From IMG/VR virus record IMGVR_UViG_3300020420_000671: a stretch of 64,000 nt of DNA. One strand, given 5' to 3'. Of this stretch, positions 46,817-55,916 are shown in pieces. The notes beneath the pieces are model-generated. The model worked only from the letters and a program-made list of their open reading frames with translations. It did not search any database and was not told the DNA's origin. The DNA is from a virus (lineage: Duplodnaviria > Caudoviricetes). Made by a program: the position numbers and the translations under genes. Each line of letters opens with the position of its first letter. Positions within the stretch are counted from its first letter, which is position 1.

Positions 46817-48063
46817 TGTGTCATTTTTCCTATTATGTTTGTTGTACTATGTCCTTCTACTGTAGGAAATATAACCACTTCAGCCAAATGATTACCAACC
46901 ACTGTCTCTGGAATATAATCACCGCCTTTTACAATAATGTCTGGTTGTACCTTTTCCATAGTTTGTAAAGGAGTATCCTCATCAAAAATTACTACTTCGT
47001 CAATGAAACCAAGTTCCTCAAGGGCTTGTTTTCTAGTAAATTCATCATTGATAGGTCTTGTATCGCCTTTAATTCTTTTAACACTCGTATCACTGTTTAT
47101 GCCTACAACTAATTTATTACCAAGAGTTTTGGCATGTTTCAATAACTTTAAATGTCCAACGTGTAGTATATCAAATACACCATTTGTAAAAACTATTCCT
47201 GTGCTTAAATCTTTTGGAGTAATCACAGCTACGCCACGTTTTTCAACTATTCTAGCCGCGGCAAAACAGGCTAGTTTACACGATTCGAATATATCCAATC
47301 CTCTTTCTATTCCATAGGCAATGACAGATAACACAGTATCACCTGCTCCGGTTACATCAGCAACTTCTTTTACAGGTTCCATAAAATTTTTATATTGTCC
47401 TTGTTCATTTATCACATGTATACCATTGGCACCATCTGTAACGACCAACCAGTTCCATTTATGTTTACGCATATTCTCTAAAGCAGATTCTATTGTAAAT
47501 TCTCCAAACCATGATATGTATTCTTTCATATTTGGCTTTACTAAAAAAGCACCTGCGTAGATTTCTGGACTTTGTTTAGGATCTACTAGAACCTTACAAC
47601 CTTTTGAAACTAATTCTTGAACTGTATTCTCTTGAACAATTCCTTTGTTGTAATCACTTACACAAATTAAAGTGTTAGAAGTTGCGTCAATTAGCAATCT
47701 TTCATACGCTTCTGTACCTTTATAAACTTCTTCGTTGTCCCAACGTACAATGTGTTGGCCGTTTTGTCCAACTAATCTAGTTTTGGTTGTTGTAACCAAA
47801 TGATCTTTTACAACTCTAGCTTCTAAATCTGTATCTTCTAACAGTTCAAGTAGTTTATATCCCTCTTTGTCTTGTCCAACACTACCAAACAGCTTTACCT
47901 GTCCATTGATAGATTGGATATTAAGAGCCAAATTACCTGCTCCGCCTATGCTGAAATGTTGTGATTCTTCTAATAAGACTGGTACAGGAGCTTCGGGGCT
48001 TATCCTATCTGCGTTACCAACTATCCATCGGTCCAACATGATATCACCGTATACTATTATCAC
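46813..48063 (-). CDS. hldE: Bifunctional heptose-7-phosphate kinase / heptose-1-phosphate adenylyltransferase
   Basis: GDIMLD.W..G...RISPEAPVPV, GGAGN.A, DVTGAGDTV (PfkB domain); NGVFDILH.GH, G.NSD.S..R.KG..RP, KGGDY, STT (nucleotidyltransferase domain). Confidence 0.95.
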   Translation of the reverse strand: MIIVYGDIMLDRWIVGNADRISPEAPVPVLLEESQHFSIGGAGNLALNIQSINGQVKLFGSVGQDKEGYKLLELLEDTDLEARVVKDHLVTTTKTRLVGQNGQHIVRWDNEEVYKGTEAYERLLIDATSNTLICVSDYNKGIVQENTVQELVSKGCKVLVDPKQSPEIYAGAFLVKPNMKEYISWFGEFTIESALENMRKHKWNWLVVTDGANGIHVINEQGQYKNFMEPVKEVADVTGAGDTVLSVIAYGIERGLDIFESCKLACFAAARIVEKRGVAVITPKDLSTGIVFTNGVFDILHVGHLKLLKHAKTLGNKLVVGINSDTSVKRIKGDTRPINDEFTRKQALEELGFIDEVVIFDEDTPLQTMEKVQPDIIVKGGDYIPETVVGNHLAEVVIFPTVEGHSTTNIIGKMTQ

Positions 48064-49541
48064 TGATGATTCCTAATGTACTCTGAATTATCTGGCAAGT
48101 ACGTAGTTTTAGCATCAAATTCTTTTACGTGTTGAACGTATGCCTTATCTGATAACAGCGTATCATTGTTGTAAAATAATTCTTTTCTACAAACTTCGTC
48201 TGATAATTTTCCTGTGCCTGCTAGTACATAACTCCATAAAGGCCATCCTGCTGATCCTTCTTGTCTTGGAAACATTGATTGATTGGGTGTTCTGTGTTTA
48301 CTCATTTCATGTATATCTCTAACGAAAGGTGTTATTGTTTTACCACTGTCAATATATCGCCAAAATTCTGTATCTTTTCTACCACAAGTGTAATGAGCAA
48401 CTAAGAAGTCTTTGAGTATATCATATAAATGACCATTTGTATTATTGTATTCAGCCACTTGTCCTATGTTACATGTCTGATCTACATCATTACCTAAACA
48501 CCCGTAAACAAAATGTTTCAGTTGGAATATGGTTGTATGTATACTTGTAGCTTCTAAAGGTTCAGCAAAAGCCGCACACAATCCAACTGATAAACAGTTT
48601 TTTATCCATAATGTTTCTTGTCGGCCGCTTTCAAATTTTAGCAATCTAATAGGTTCTACTTTCTTTCCTATGGTTTGTTCTAGTTCGACTTGTGCTTGTT
48701 CAGGAGTAACGAAATCATCACAGAACACATAACCGCAACCTCTTCTGTTCAATGTAGGAATTTGCCAACACCAGCCGTTCTTTTGTGCCCAAGCATTTGT
48801 TACAGGTTCAATTTTTTCATCTTCATCATATGGTAATAAAAAAGGTAAAGCACTATTTACAGGTAAATTTTCTTTGTAACTTTTCCATTTACTACCTACT
48901 GCTTTCATTAAAATTTGAGCAAATCCACTAGCATCAATAAACATATCTCCTGGTTGTGTTTGACCATTGCTTAACTTTAATTCTTTTATATAACCACTTT
49001 CAGGATGTAATACTACTTCGTTTACTTCCGAATCTATATGTTTTACAGTATCACAAAGTTTTTTGAAATATTTTCCTACCTTGTGTGCGTCAAAGTGATA
49101 AGCGTGATTACCGTTATGATCAGGAAAACTATTTTTATTATGATGTATCTTGTAACCTAGTTCCGTAGAAATGTGTAGTAATTCTTTGTCTCGATATCCT
49201 AAAGCATTTAAAAAAACCAAATCCTGTGAATCATAACTTGTAGGAGACCCATCAATAGGACCATAGTAATGGCTTACTGTATCCGGATTCCAACCTATGT
49301 GTTTTATTCCTAATTTAATTGTAGCGTCACATTCTTCTATAAAGTCTTTTTCAACACAACCTAAGTTATGCATCTCGTTTTGAACTATGTTCGTTAATGA
49401 ACCTGTACTGCCTTCACCAGCTCCTATAATTCCAATTTTACTACTTTCAATACAAGTTACTGAATGCTCTGGACGTATTTTTGAAATCATCAATGCGGCC
49501 AACCAACCAGCAGTTCCGCCTCCTACAATAACTATTTTCAT
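48060..49541 (-). CDS. Flavin-dependent halogenase, copy 2
   Basis: IVGGGTAGW, GAGEGS, ATIKLGI, FIDASGF, GWCWQIP, FAEPLEATSI. Confidence 0.9.
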   Translation of the reverse strand: MKIVIVGGGTAGWLAALMISKIRPEHSVTCIESSKIGIIGAGEGSTGSLTNIVQNEMHNLGCVEKDFIEECDATIKLGIKHIGWNPDTVSHYYGPIDGSPTSYDSQDLVFLNALGYRDKELLHISTELGYKIHHNKNSFPDHNGNHAYHFDAHKVGKYFKKLCDTVKHIDSEVNEVVLHPESGYIKELKLSNGQTQPGDMFIDASGFAQILMKAVGSKWKSYKENLPVNSALPFLLPYDEDEKIEPVTNAWAQKNGWCWQIPTLNRRGCGYVFCDDFVTPEQAQVELEQTIGKKVEPIRLLKFESGRQETLWIKNCLSVGLCAAFAEPLEATSIHTTIFQLKHFVYGCLGNDVDQTCNIGQVAEYNNTNGHLYDILKDFLVAHYTCGRKDTEFWRYIDSGKTITPFVRDIHEMSKHRTPNQSMFPRQEGSAGWPLWSYVLAGTGKLSDEVCRKELFYNNDTLLSDKAYVQHVKEFDAKTTYLPDNSEYIRNHQ

Positions 49542-51043
49542 TAAAAGTCTCCAGTACTATGACATCTTACATACCAATCATAACCCATATTGGTTGTTTC
49601 TATAGCATCTTTATGTGAGATGCTTAATTTATTTCTTATTTCTTCTGATCCCATAAATTCTTGCATAGCAAAATCTATCTGCATTGGACTTAACCTGTTT
49701 AGGTCAACGTTTGTTGGATAGCCCATTTGTATTAACCATAATTGCCAATTCTGTGGATGAAAGAGTGTTTTACTTGACACATCAGAATAAAAAGTTCTTT
49801 GCGGATCTTTTAACCAATCTTCATAAAATAAATGTCTTTGAGATTTTACGTGTTTTTGTTTAACGTAATTCCAAAACTTTGTGTCCCATTTACTATCAGC
49901 ATAATGGCTACCAACGAAATCAACAGCATCACCATACCATGACATCATTGTTTTGTTATACATGTCTATTGAATTTTCTGTATAGGCGTATTGCGGAATA
50001 TGTAAAGCAAGTTCTTGTACACCATATGTCATACTGGCTAATCCTGTTGACTCTAGTGGTTCAATAAATCCTCCACTTAACCCAATTGATACAACATTCT
50101 TTTCCCAAAAGTTTTCACTATAGTACGGTGTCCAATCGATTAATTTCAAATCTTCAGGCTTTATTCTATTGTTCCAATGTTCACAAAAATATTTTTTAGC
50201 TTCTTCTGGGTCAGTAATATTACTATTGAATACCATACCAGAACCAATTCTTGATTGTGTTGGTATTTTCCAAATCCATCCATGGTCCACAGCAGGGCAA
50301 CTTACGTATGGCACACACTCTTTTTCAAAATCTTCATATGGCACATGTCCTGCTACTGCGGCGTTGGTGAATAGTCTACCTGTATCCAGTAACTCCACCT
50401 TTTTCTGGTCTTTTAACAGCGATAAGAAGCCCGTACAGTCCAGGTAAAAGTCTGACTGGTGTGTTGTACCATTCTTTAGTTCAAGGCTGGTTATATAGCC
50501 ATCTAGGTCTTTATTTACTTTGACTACATCGCTCTTGATGATGTTAACTGTGTTAGTGCAAATGTTTTGTAACTCAGTTACAAGTTTGCCAGCATCTATA
50601 TGATATGCTAACGTTTCAAAAGCATTGAACATGTCGACCTTGTTCATCATAGTATTTTGATAACTAGGAACACTATATTCTCTAAAATCTAAATCTTGTT
50701 TTTGTGCCCAGATATCATATTGTGTACATTTCAAATCAAAATATGATCTATTTAAAAAGAATGGGTGATAAATTTTTTTACCTGGCTCTACCCAGTTTGG
50801 AAAATCAATACCGGCCTTGTATGTAGCATCAACGTTTTGGAACCATTGAGGCAAATTAATTCCACATTGTCGTAGGAATGAAGGAAAAGTTAACACGGTT
50901 GCTTCACCAACTCCTATTGGATTACCTACTTCTTTATCAATCACCGTTAAGGGCATGTCCCAAAAATTATTTTGTATATAAGTTGCGGCTAGCCATGCCG
51001 CTGATCCACCGCCAACGATAGTGATGCTTTTAATTTTTCTCAT
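49541..51043 (-). CDS. Flavin-dependent halogenase, copy 3
   Basis: IVGGGSAAW, GVGEAT, ATYKAGI, LDCTGF, GWIWKIP, FIEPLESTGL. Confidence 0.9.
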   Translation of the reverse strand: MRKIKSITIVGGGSAAWLAATYIQNNFWDMPLTVIDKEVGNPIGVGEATVLTFPSFLRQCGINLPQWFQNVDATYKAGIDFPNWVEPGKKIYHPFFLNRSYFDLKCTQYDIWAQKQDLDFREYSVPSYQNTMMNKVDMFNAFETLAYHIDAGKLVTELQNICTNTVNIIKSDVVKVNKDLDGYITSLELKNGTTHQSDFYLDCTGFLSLLKDQKKVELLDTGRLFTNAAVAGHVPYEDFEKECVPYVSCPAVDHGWIWKIPTQSRIGSGMVFNSNITDPEEAKKYFCEHWNNRIKPEDLKLIDWTPYYSENFWEKNVVSIGLSGGFIEPLESTGLASMTYGVQELALHIPQYAYTENSIDMYNKTMMSWYGDAVDFVGSHYADSKWDTKFWNYVKQKHVKSQRHLFYEDWLKDPQRTFYSDVSSKTLFHPQNWQLWLIQMGYPTNVDLNRLSPMQIDFAMQEFMGSEEIRNKLSISHKDAIETTNMGYDWYVRCHSTGDF

Positions 51044-51479
51044 TCTCTAAATATCCTATAAGGTCAAAAACAGTTTTTAGTTTAGTTTGGTTAGTTTTGT
51101 TTTGTAGTGTATTACGTAAACCCATGTGTAACGGTTTTGGCCATTTGCCAAAACTTACCCAACTATATCCATCATGTTCTTCGTTTAGATTAGGAATAAA
51201 TTCATTTTTTGTTACACACAAATATGTATGGAAACTAAATTTTTCATCGCTACTTACAAATGTTTCTAGTGGTATGGTTTTCAAAATTTCTGGTATCTGT
51301 CCAATTTCTTCAGTTATTTCTCTTTGTAAAGCGGGCCACGGATACTCATTTTTTCCATTGGTTCCGCCTACTAAACCCCAGACGTTTTTTTGTTTACTTT
51401 GTGTTCTATGTAGTAGTAGAAACCTTTTGGTCTTTAAAGCATAGAATAAGGCTCCACTACATGTGATTTCACTATTCAT
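51030..51479 (-). CDS. NUDIX hydrolase
   Basis: Nudix box GTNGKNE-x7-REITEEIG; LNEEH.GY.W. Start set at ATG 51479. Confidence 0.88.
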   Translation of the reverse strand: MNSEITCSGALFYALKTKRFLLLHRTQSKQKNVWGLVGGTNGKNEYPWPALQREITEEIGQIPEILKTIPLETFVSSDEKFSFHTYLCVTKNEFIPNLNEEHDGYSWVSFGKWPKPLHMGLRNTLQNKTNQTKLKTVFDLIGYLENEKN

Positions 51480-51492
51480 GTAAATAATTATC

Positions 51493-52995
51493 TTAAAGTG
51501 CGAGGCGCCAAGTACCTTTTTGATACTCACCCTCCCAGCTGAGTATCCATTCTGTACCAGTCCACCTATATTGTACGCCTGTATTTAGGTTTGTGATATA
51601 TTTGGTTGTAGTACCATCATCCGTACTAGCGTCAAATACTATGTGCCACTTAGATCCGTCCCACTCTACAACATCATTTTGTCCTGCCACAAAATCACTT
51701 CCGTCTACGTTTTTCCAAGCATCTGGACCATCATATGGATCTCTACTGCTACCATCACTTGGATCCTGGCCAAATGTCATTAATCCGCCTACGTTAGCAC
51801 TATCATTTATTTTTCCAAGAAGTAACAATCTTAGACCTGCCACTTTTGTTGTCGAATTTGGATTATATTTTTGTGGGTCAATAATATAGTCTACACTACC
51901 TGTATTGTTTCTACCACTTGGACTATTTAAACTAGAATTCGTAGGAATTGTATCTTCGTCCCATACTATTTGTAATTTTGTTCTGTCTAGTTCATTAATT
52001 GTTATACCACCATTGATACTTATTGTACCAGTTTCGCCAGTTAAAAGTTTTCTTTTAATCTGTAATTGTGATAGTCCTGCTCTGTATACACCAGGATGTG
52101 GATCTATTACTTGATCCCATGCTATACTTCCTACCCTACCCCTATCAACTATTTGTGCTGTATTGCCCATTACGAGTATATCATAATCTTTATAGTTATT
52201 ACTTCCTACTGTGATACCATCTTTGATTGTTCTGCCAGTTTGTAAATCTGTTTTTGCTTGACTATTTTCAGTATCAGAGTAAGCTGAAAGGGTAGGCATA
52301 GACATACCTAAGTTTATTGTACCTTTGGATTCATCAAAAATACTCATTATTACATTTGTGATGACTCCTAGTTTCTTAACTTTAGCAGGCAAGTTGATAT
52401 AGATCGGAGTGGTAAATGATAAACTAGCAATATCTATTTCTGTTTCCGTACCTTGCGGTATACTTCTACTTGAAAAGTTCAAACCCGTAAGTTCTACAAC
52501 AGTCAAACTTGACCAATCTACATAGTTATCTGTAGTTTGTATTTCTAAACTTGGATTAAACAACATAAGAAGTTGTTCCATTATTTGTAATTTCATTTCT
52601 GTGTTCGTAGACCAAATATCAACATTCACAGCTAACGTGTAGGGCGACGGCATTATTCTTTCTACAGTATAATTTTTTCCTTGTGTGTTTAGATATTCTT
52701 TATTATTATCATCATAAGCTCTTTCTCTGATATGTACTTTGCTTGTATAACTTGAATCTGCTGTTCTAGTTCTATCTTGTTCCAAGGAAGTAATGTATAC
52801 AGCCATTCTAGGAGCAGAAGGTATTTTATTTTCACTATTATCTCTGATAATGTTAGCAACCTGCCTTGTCATATCTCCATACATCACAGGTACTTGTACT
52901 TCCTTACCTTCACCATCTTTGTATTTGAAGTTACTGAACAGTCTTATTAGCTGAGTAATATATCTTCTAATTTGTCCATCATAAAAATGTTGCAT
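51493..52995 (-). CDS. gp15: Tail terminator/sheath stabiliser (T4 gp15-like) with C-terminal extension
   Basis: HFYD.QIRRY...F, VP..YG, P.PY......IW, Q..EQ.L..FNP; coupled downstream of gp14. Confidence 0.8.
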   Translation of the reverse strand: MQHFYDGQIRRYITQLIRLFSNFKYKDGEGKEVQVPVMYGDMTRQVANIIRDNSENKIPSAPRMAVYITSLEQDRTRTADSSYTSKVHIRERAYDDNNKEYLNTQGKNYTVERIMPSPYTLAVNVDIWSTNTEMKLQIMEQLLMLFNPSLEIQTTDNYVDWSSLTVVELTGLNFSSRSIPQGTETEIDIASLSFTTPIYINLPAKVKKLGVITNVIMSIFDESKGTINLGMSMPTLSAYSDTENSQAKTDLQTGRTIKDGITVGSNNYKDYDILVMGNTAQIVDRGRVGSIAWDQVIDPHPGVYRAGLSQLQIKRKLLTGETGTISINGGITINELDRTKLQIVWDEDTIPTNSSLNSPSGRNNTGSVDYIIDPQKYNPNSTTKVAGLRLLLLGKINDSANVGGLMTFGQDPSDGSSRDPYDGPDAWKNVDGSDFVAGQNDVVEWDGSKWHIVFDASTDDGTTTKYITNLNTGVQYRWTGTEWILSWEGEYQKGTWRLAL

Positions 52996-54155
52996 TATTC
53001 GTTGTCCGGTTTAGCTTTTAAAGCATCTGCTAGGCTCTGTCTTTCTTTTACAGTTTCGCCGCCTATACTTGAAGTTGCTGTATTGTTAACAAATGAACTT
53101 CTTTGTGTTTGTTTAGTATCAGTATTGCTTAGGTTAACTCTAATATTATCTTCCATTTTTACCCACCTTTGGCCATCATATCTAAATAATCTATTCGGAA
53201 ATAAATCTGTTCTTAAAAAATAATCTCCAGTTACGCTCCCAGTAGGAAATCCAATTCCGCTACCAAATGCTTCTCCGTTTGGTGCTATTCCATCTCCTAT
53301 CAAATAACCTTCGTACCCTTCTCTTTCTGGTGTTTGATGTATTCTATCTGCTAATTCATTCTGTGTACTGGCATCTAATGTACTTGTATCTGTTGTTACA
53401 AGTTCTGTAACACCTCGATCGTCAACTTGAAGTGTATATAAATGACTAGTATCATATCCAGATTTCCCTGAGTCTGCTTCTGCTTGTTTTACAACAGCAT
53501 CATTTATTTCTTTTTCTTTGTTATAAGTTGACAGTAAATCTCTAAGTGTCTTGTCACTGCCTTCTTCAGCTTTAGCATCAAGTATGTCTTTGTATTCTTG
53601 TGAATCAACTATTTGTTTTAATTTTAATCTATATAAATGTGGATACCAAGTTTGTGTAAATCCTTCACTTGCTCTGTTAACATCTTCTACTACATAGAAT
53701 CTTTTAAGTGCTAGATCAAAGTCATTTAGAGCATGTGGATCTTTTAAATGCGGTAATTCTATAACATCACCTGACATAATTTTTCGACCTAGAGCATTTA
53801 CAGTATAGTTTATAGGAACTGTCATAAAGACAATATCTTGTGATAAAAATAAACCAAACTGTGATAAATCAAAATCTATATCAGCAACATTATAAATGCC
53901 TCTAATTGTGTATACATTTGGATCATATTTTCTGTCTCTATTTTCTAGAAAAATCATGTCCTGTATGTTGGTTTCTTTTACAGCATCATATGTTGGAGTG
54001 CCTGCTGTAGCTTCTCCTGTAGCAGGATTTTTAGGGCCTAGATACTTGTGTACAAAAACGTCTGTACCACCAATAGTAAACATCTCTTCAATGTTTTTGT
54101 CTAAAAACTGATAATCTTTTCCCTTTTCGGGTTTATATAAACTGAGTCTTGGCAT
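52995..54155 (-). CDS. gp14: Neck protein (T4 gp14-like) with C-terminal extension
   Basis: LS.FGLF, GDVIELPH, F.V..V, .W.PHLY...L. True start ATG 54155 (MPRLSLYK); the longer track ORF overlaps gp13. Confidence 0.7.
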   Translation of the reverse strand: MPRLSLYKPEKGKDYQFLDKNIEEMFTIGGTDVFVHKYLGPKNPATGEATAGTPTYDAVKETNIQDMIFLENRDRKYDPNVYTIRGIYNVADIDFDLSQFGLFLSQDIVFMTVPINYTVNALGRKIMSGDVIELPHLKDPHALNDFDLALKRFYVVEDVNRASEGFTQTWYPHLYRLKLKQIVDSQEYKDILDAKAEEGSDKTLRDLLSTYNKEKEINDAVVKQAEADSGKSGYDTSHLYTLQVDDRGVTELVTTDTSTLDASTQNELADRIHQTPEREGYEGYLIGDGIAPNGEAFGSGIGFPTGSVTGDYFLRTDLFPNRLFRYDGQRWVKMEDNIRVNLSNTDTKQTQRSSFVNNTATSSIGGETVKERQSLADALKAKPDNE

Positions 54156-54163
54156 AACATAAC

Positions 54164-54183
54164 TATTTATCAGAGCATAAATA
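54164..54183. promoter_or_regulatory. Back-to-back divergent late promoters (gp14 and gp13)
   Basis: GATAAATA on the minus strand (54164-54171) and CATAAATA on plus (54176-54183). Confidence 0.7.
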
Positions 54184-54201
54184 CTGTAGCAAGGAACGAA
54201 T

Positions 54202-54963
54202 ATGGCAACTAATTTAAAAACTAAAAAACAAGAAGTATTCAAGTATGTTGAGCTTAATTTAGGCGGAGGCATGATAGATGTTGAATTAGATCCAGATCAT
54301 TACGAAACTGCCCTTACAGCGGCCCTATCTAAATTTAGACAAAGATCAGATAATTCAGTTGAAGAATCCTACATGTTTTTACCACTTGTTATAGATCAAA
54401 ATGATTACACATTACCGCAAGAAGTAATGGAAGTTAGACAGGTTTTTAGAAGAAGCATAGGTAGTAGATCAGGTGGAGGAGATGGAGGTACTCTGTTTGA
54501 ACCATTTAATTTAGCATACACTAATACTTACTTGTTAGCAAGTTCTAACATGGGCGGATTAGCAACATATAATGCGTTTGCCGGATTTCAAGAATTGGTT
54601 GGAAGAATGTTTGGATCATTCATAGAATTTAAATGGAATACTGTAAACAAAAAATTAACACTTCTACAGCGTCCGAGAGCAGACGAAGAAATACTTCTTT
54701 ACGCATATAATTACAGACCAGACTTTGAGTTGTTGGAAGATTACCTAGCTCAACAGTGGTTAAAAGATTATACACTCGCAAAGTGTAAGTATATGCTAGG
54801 TGAAGCACGTAGTAAGTTTGCCACTATTGCTGGTCCACAGGGTGGATCTTCCATGAACGGAGATGCTTTAAAAACAGAAGCACAATCAGAAATTGAAAAG
54901 CTAGAAGCAGAAGTAGCCACGCAAGTAGGTGGCGGCGCAGGATATAGCTTTACAATTGGTTAA
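54202..54963 (+). CDS. gp13: Neck protein / head-tail adaptor (T4 gp13-like)
   Basis: LG...I.VEL...H, W.K.YT.A..K..LG..R.KF, P.GG...NG..L..EA..E. Confidence 0.85.
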   Translation: MATNLKTKKQEVFKYVELNLGGGMIDVELDPDHYETALTAALSKFRQRSDNSVEESYMFLPLVIDQNDYTLPQEVMEVRQVFRRSIGSRSGGGDGGTLFEPFNLAYTNTYLLASSNMGGLATYNAFAGFQELVGRMFGSFIEFKWNTVNKKLTLLQRPRADEEILLYAYNYRPDFELLEDYLAQQWLKDYTLAKCKYMLGEARSKFATIAGPQGGSSMNGDALKTEAQSEIEKLEAEVATQVGGGAGYSFTIG

Positions 54964-54970
54964 ATTCCAC

Positions 54971-54999
54971 TTGACAATCTAAAACTTTTACGTTACAAT
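54971..54999 (+). promoter_or_regulatory. Sigma70-type promoter for the dNMP kinase
   Basis: TTGACA-17 nt-TACAAT. Confidence 0.85.
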
Positions 55000-55024
55000 A
55001 ACTACTATTACGTAAGGACTCACT

Positions 55025-55651
55025 ATGATAATTGGTTTATGTGGACTCATTGGAAGTGGTAAAGGTACTGTCGCTGATATCCTTGTAGATGATCACAAAT
55101 TTGTAAAAATAAGTTTTGCTGACAAGCTGAAAGACGCCGTGTCTACAATGTTTGACTGGGATAGACAAATGCTAGAAGGTGAAACACCCGAAAGTAGATC
55201 CTGGCGTGAACAAGAGGACGATTTTTGGACCAAAGAAACAGGCCGTAGAATCACTCCAAGATTAGTGTTACAAGAGTTTGGAACTGATTGTATGCGTAAT
55301 GGTTTTTTTGACGGTGTATGGGTAAGTTTTGTAAGGAAGAAAATATTAGAAAATCCTGATAAAAATTTTGTAATTCCTGATGTAAGATTTAACAATGAAG
55401 CAGAAATTATACAAGCTATGGGCGGAAAAGTATGGTGTGTTAAACGTGGGCCTGATCCGTTATGGTTTAGGCAATACGTTGATTTAGACATAGAGCCAAC
55501 AGATGTACATCCAAGTGAATGGCGTTGGGCAAAAGTAGCCTTTGAACATAACATTTATAATGAAGGTACTATTGATGATCTTAAAAATCAGGTACGAGGT
55601 CGCCTTGCTTCCACTTTACGCCTTTCTTCTGCAAAAGCCGTTGGCAATTAG
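55025..55651 (+). CDS. Deoxynucleoside monophosphate kinase (T4 gp1-like)
   Basis: IIGLCG.IGSGK.T P-loop, SFAD.LK, TPR..LQ.FGT, VIPDVRF.NE. Confidence 0.88.
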   Translation: MIIGLCGLIGSGKGTVADILVDDHKFVKISFADKLKDAVSTMFDWDRQMLEGETPESRSWREQEDDFWTKETGRRITPRLVLQEFGTDCMRNGFFDGVWVSFVRKKILENPDKNFVIPDVRFNNEAEIIQAMGGKVWCVKRGPDPLWFRQYVDLDIEPTDVHPSEWRWAKVAFEHNIYNEGTIDDLKNQVRGRLASTLRLSSAKAVGN

Positions 55652-55916
55652 CACATATTGTTTTTAAATTATTAAAGTGTGTGTTAGTTAAATTACCATC
55701 AATATGGTAAACATTAAACTGTTCAGCATGTCCTTTGAAACCACACTTGTCGCATTCACTCTTCATTCTATATCCTGCTTTGTACCAGGTAGGTATACCA
55801 TGTCCTTTACCATTATGTAGACAGGACTCACATTGTTTTCTATAATATGTTTTACCAGCCTTCTTGTAGTTAACCGCGGCTGGTCTTTGATTACAATATA
55901 GACATAAAGGACGCAT
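55581..55916 (-). CDS. Zinc-finger / HNH-like protein
   Basis: Four CxxC pairs; HIDGN..N....NL...CANC; late-type box GGTAAATA 4 nt upstream of the ATG. Confidence 0.7.
   Translation of the reverse strand: MRPLCLYCNQRPAAVNYKKAGKTYYRKQCESCLHNGKGHGIPTWYKAGYRMKSECDKCGFKGHAEQFNVYHIDGNLTNTHFNNLKTICANCQRLLQKKGVKWKQGDLVPDF

Noticed and set aside
54156-54272. N-terminal extension of the gp14-like ORF in the ORF track
   Set aside because: It overlaps gp13 on the opposite strand and spans both promoter boxes; ATG 54155 is the better start.
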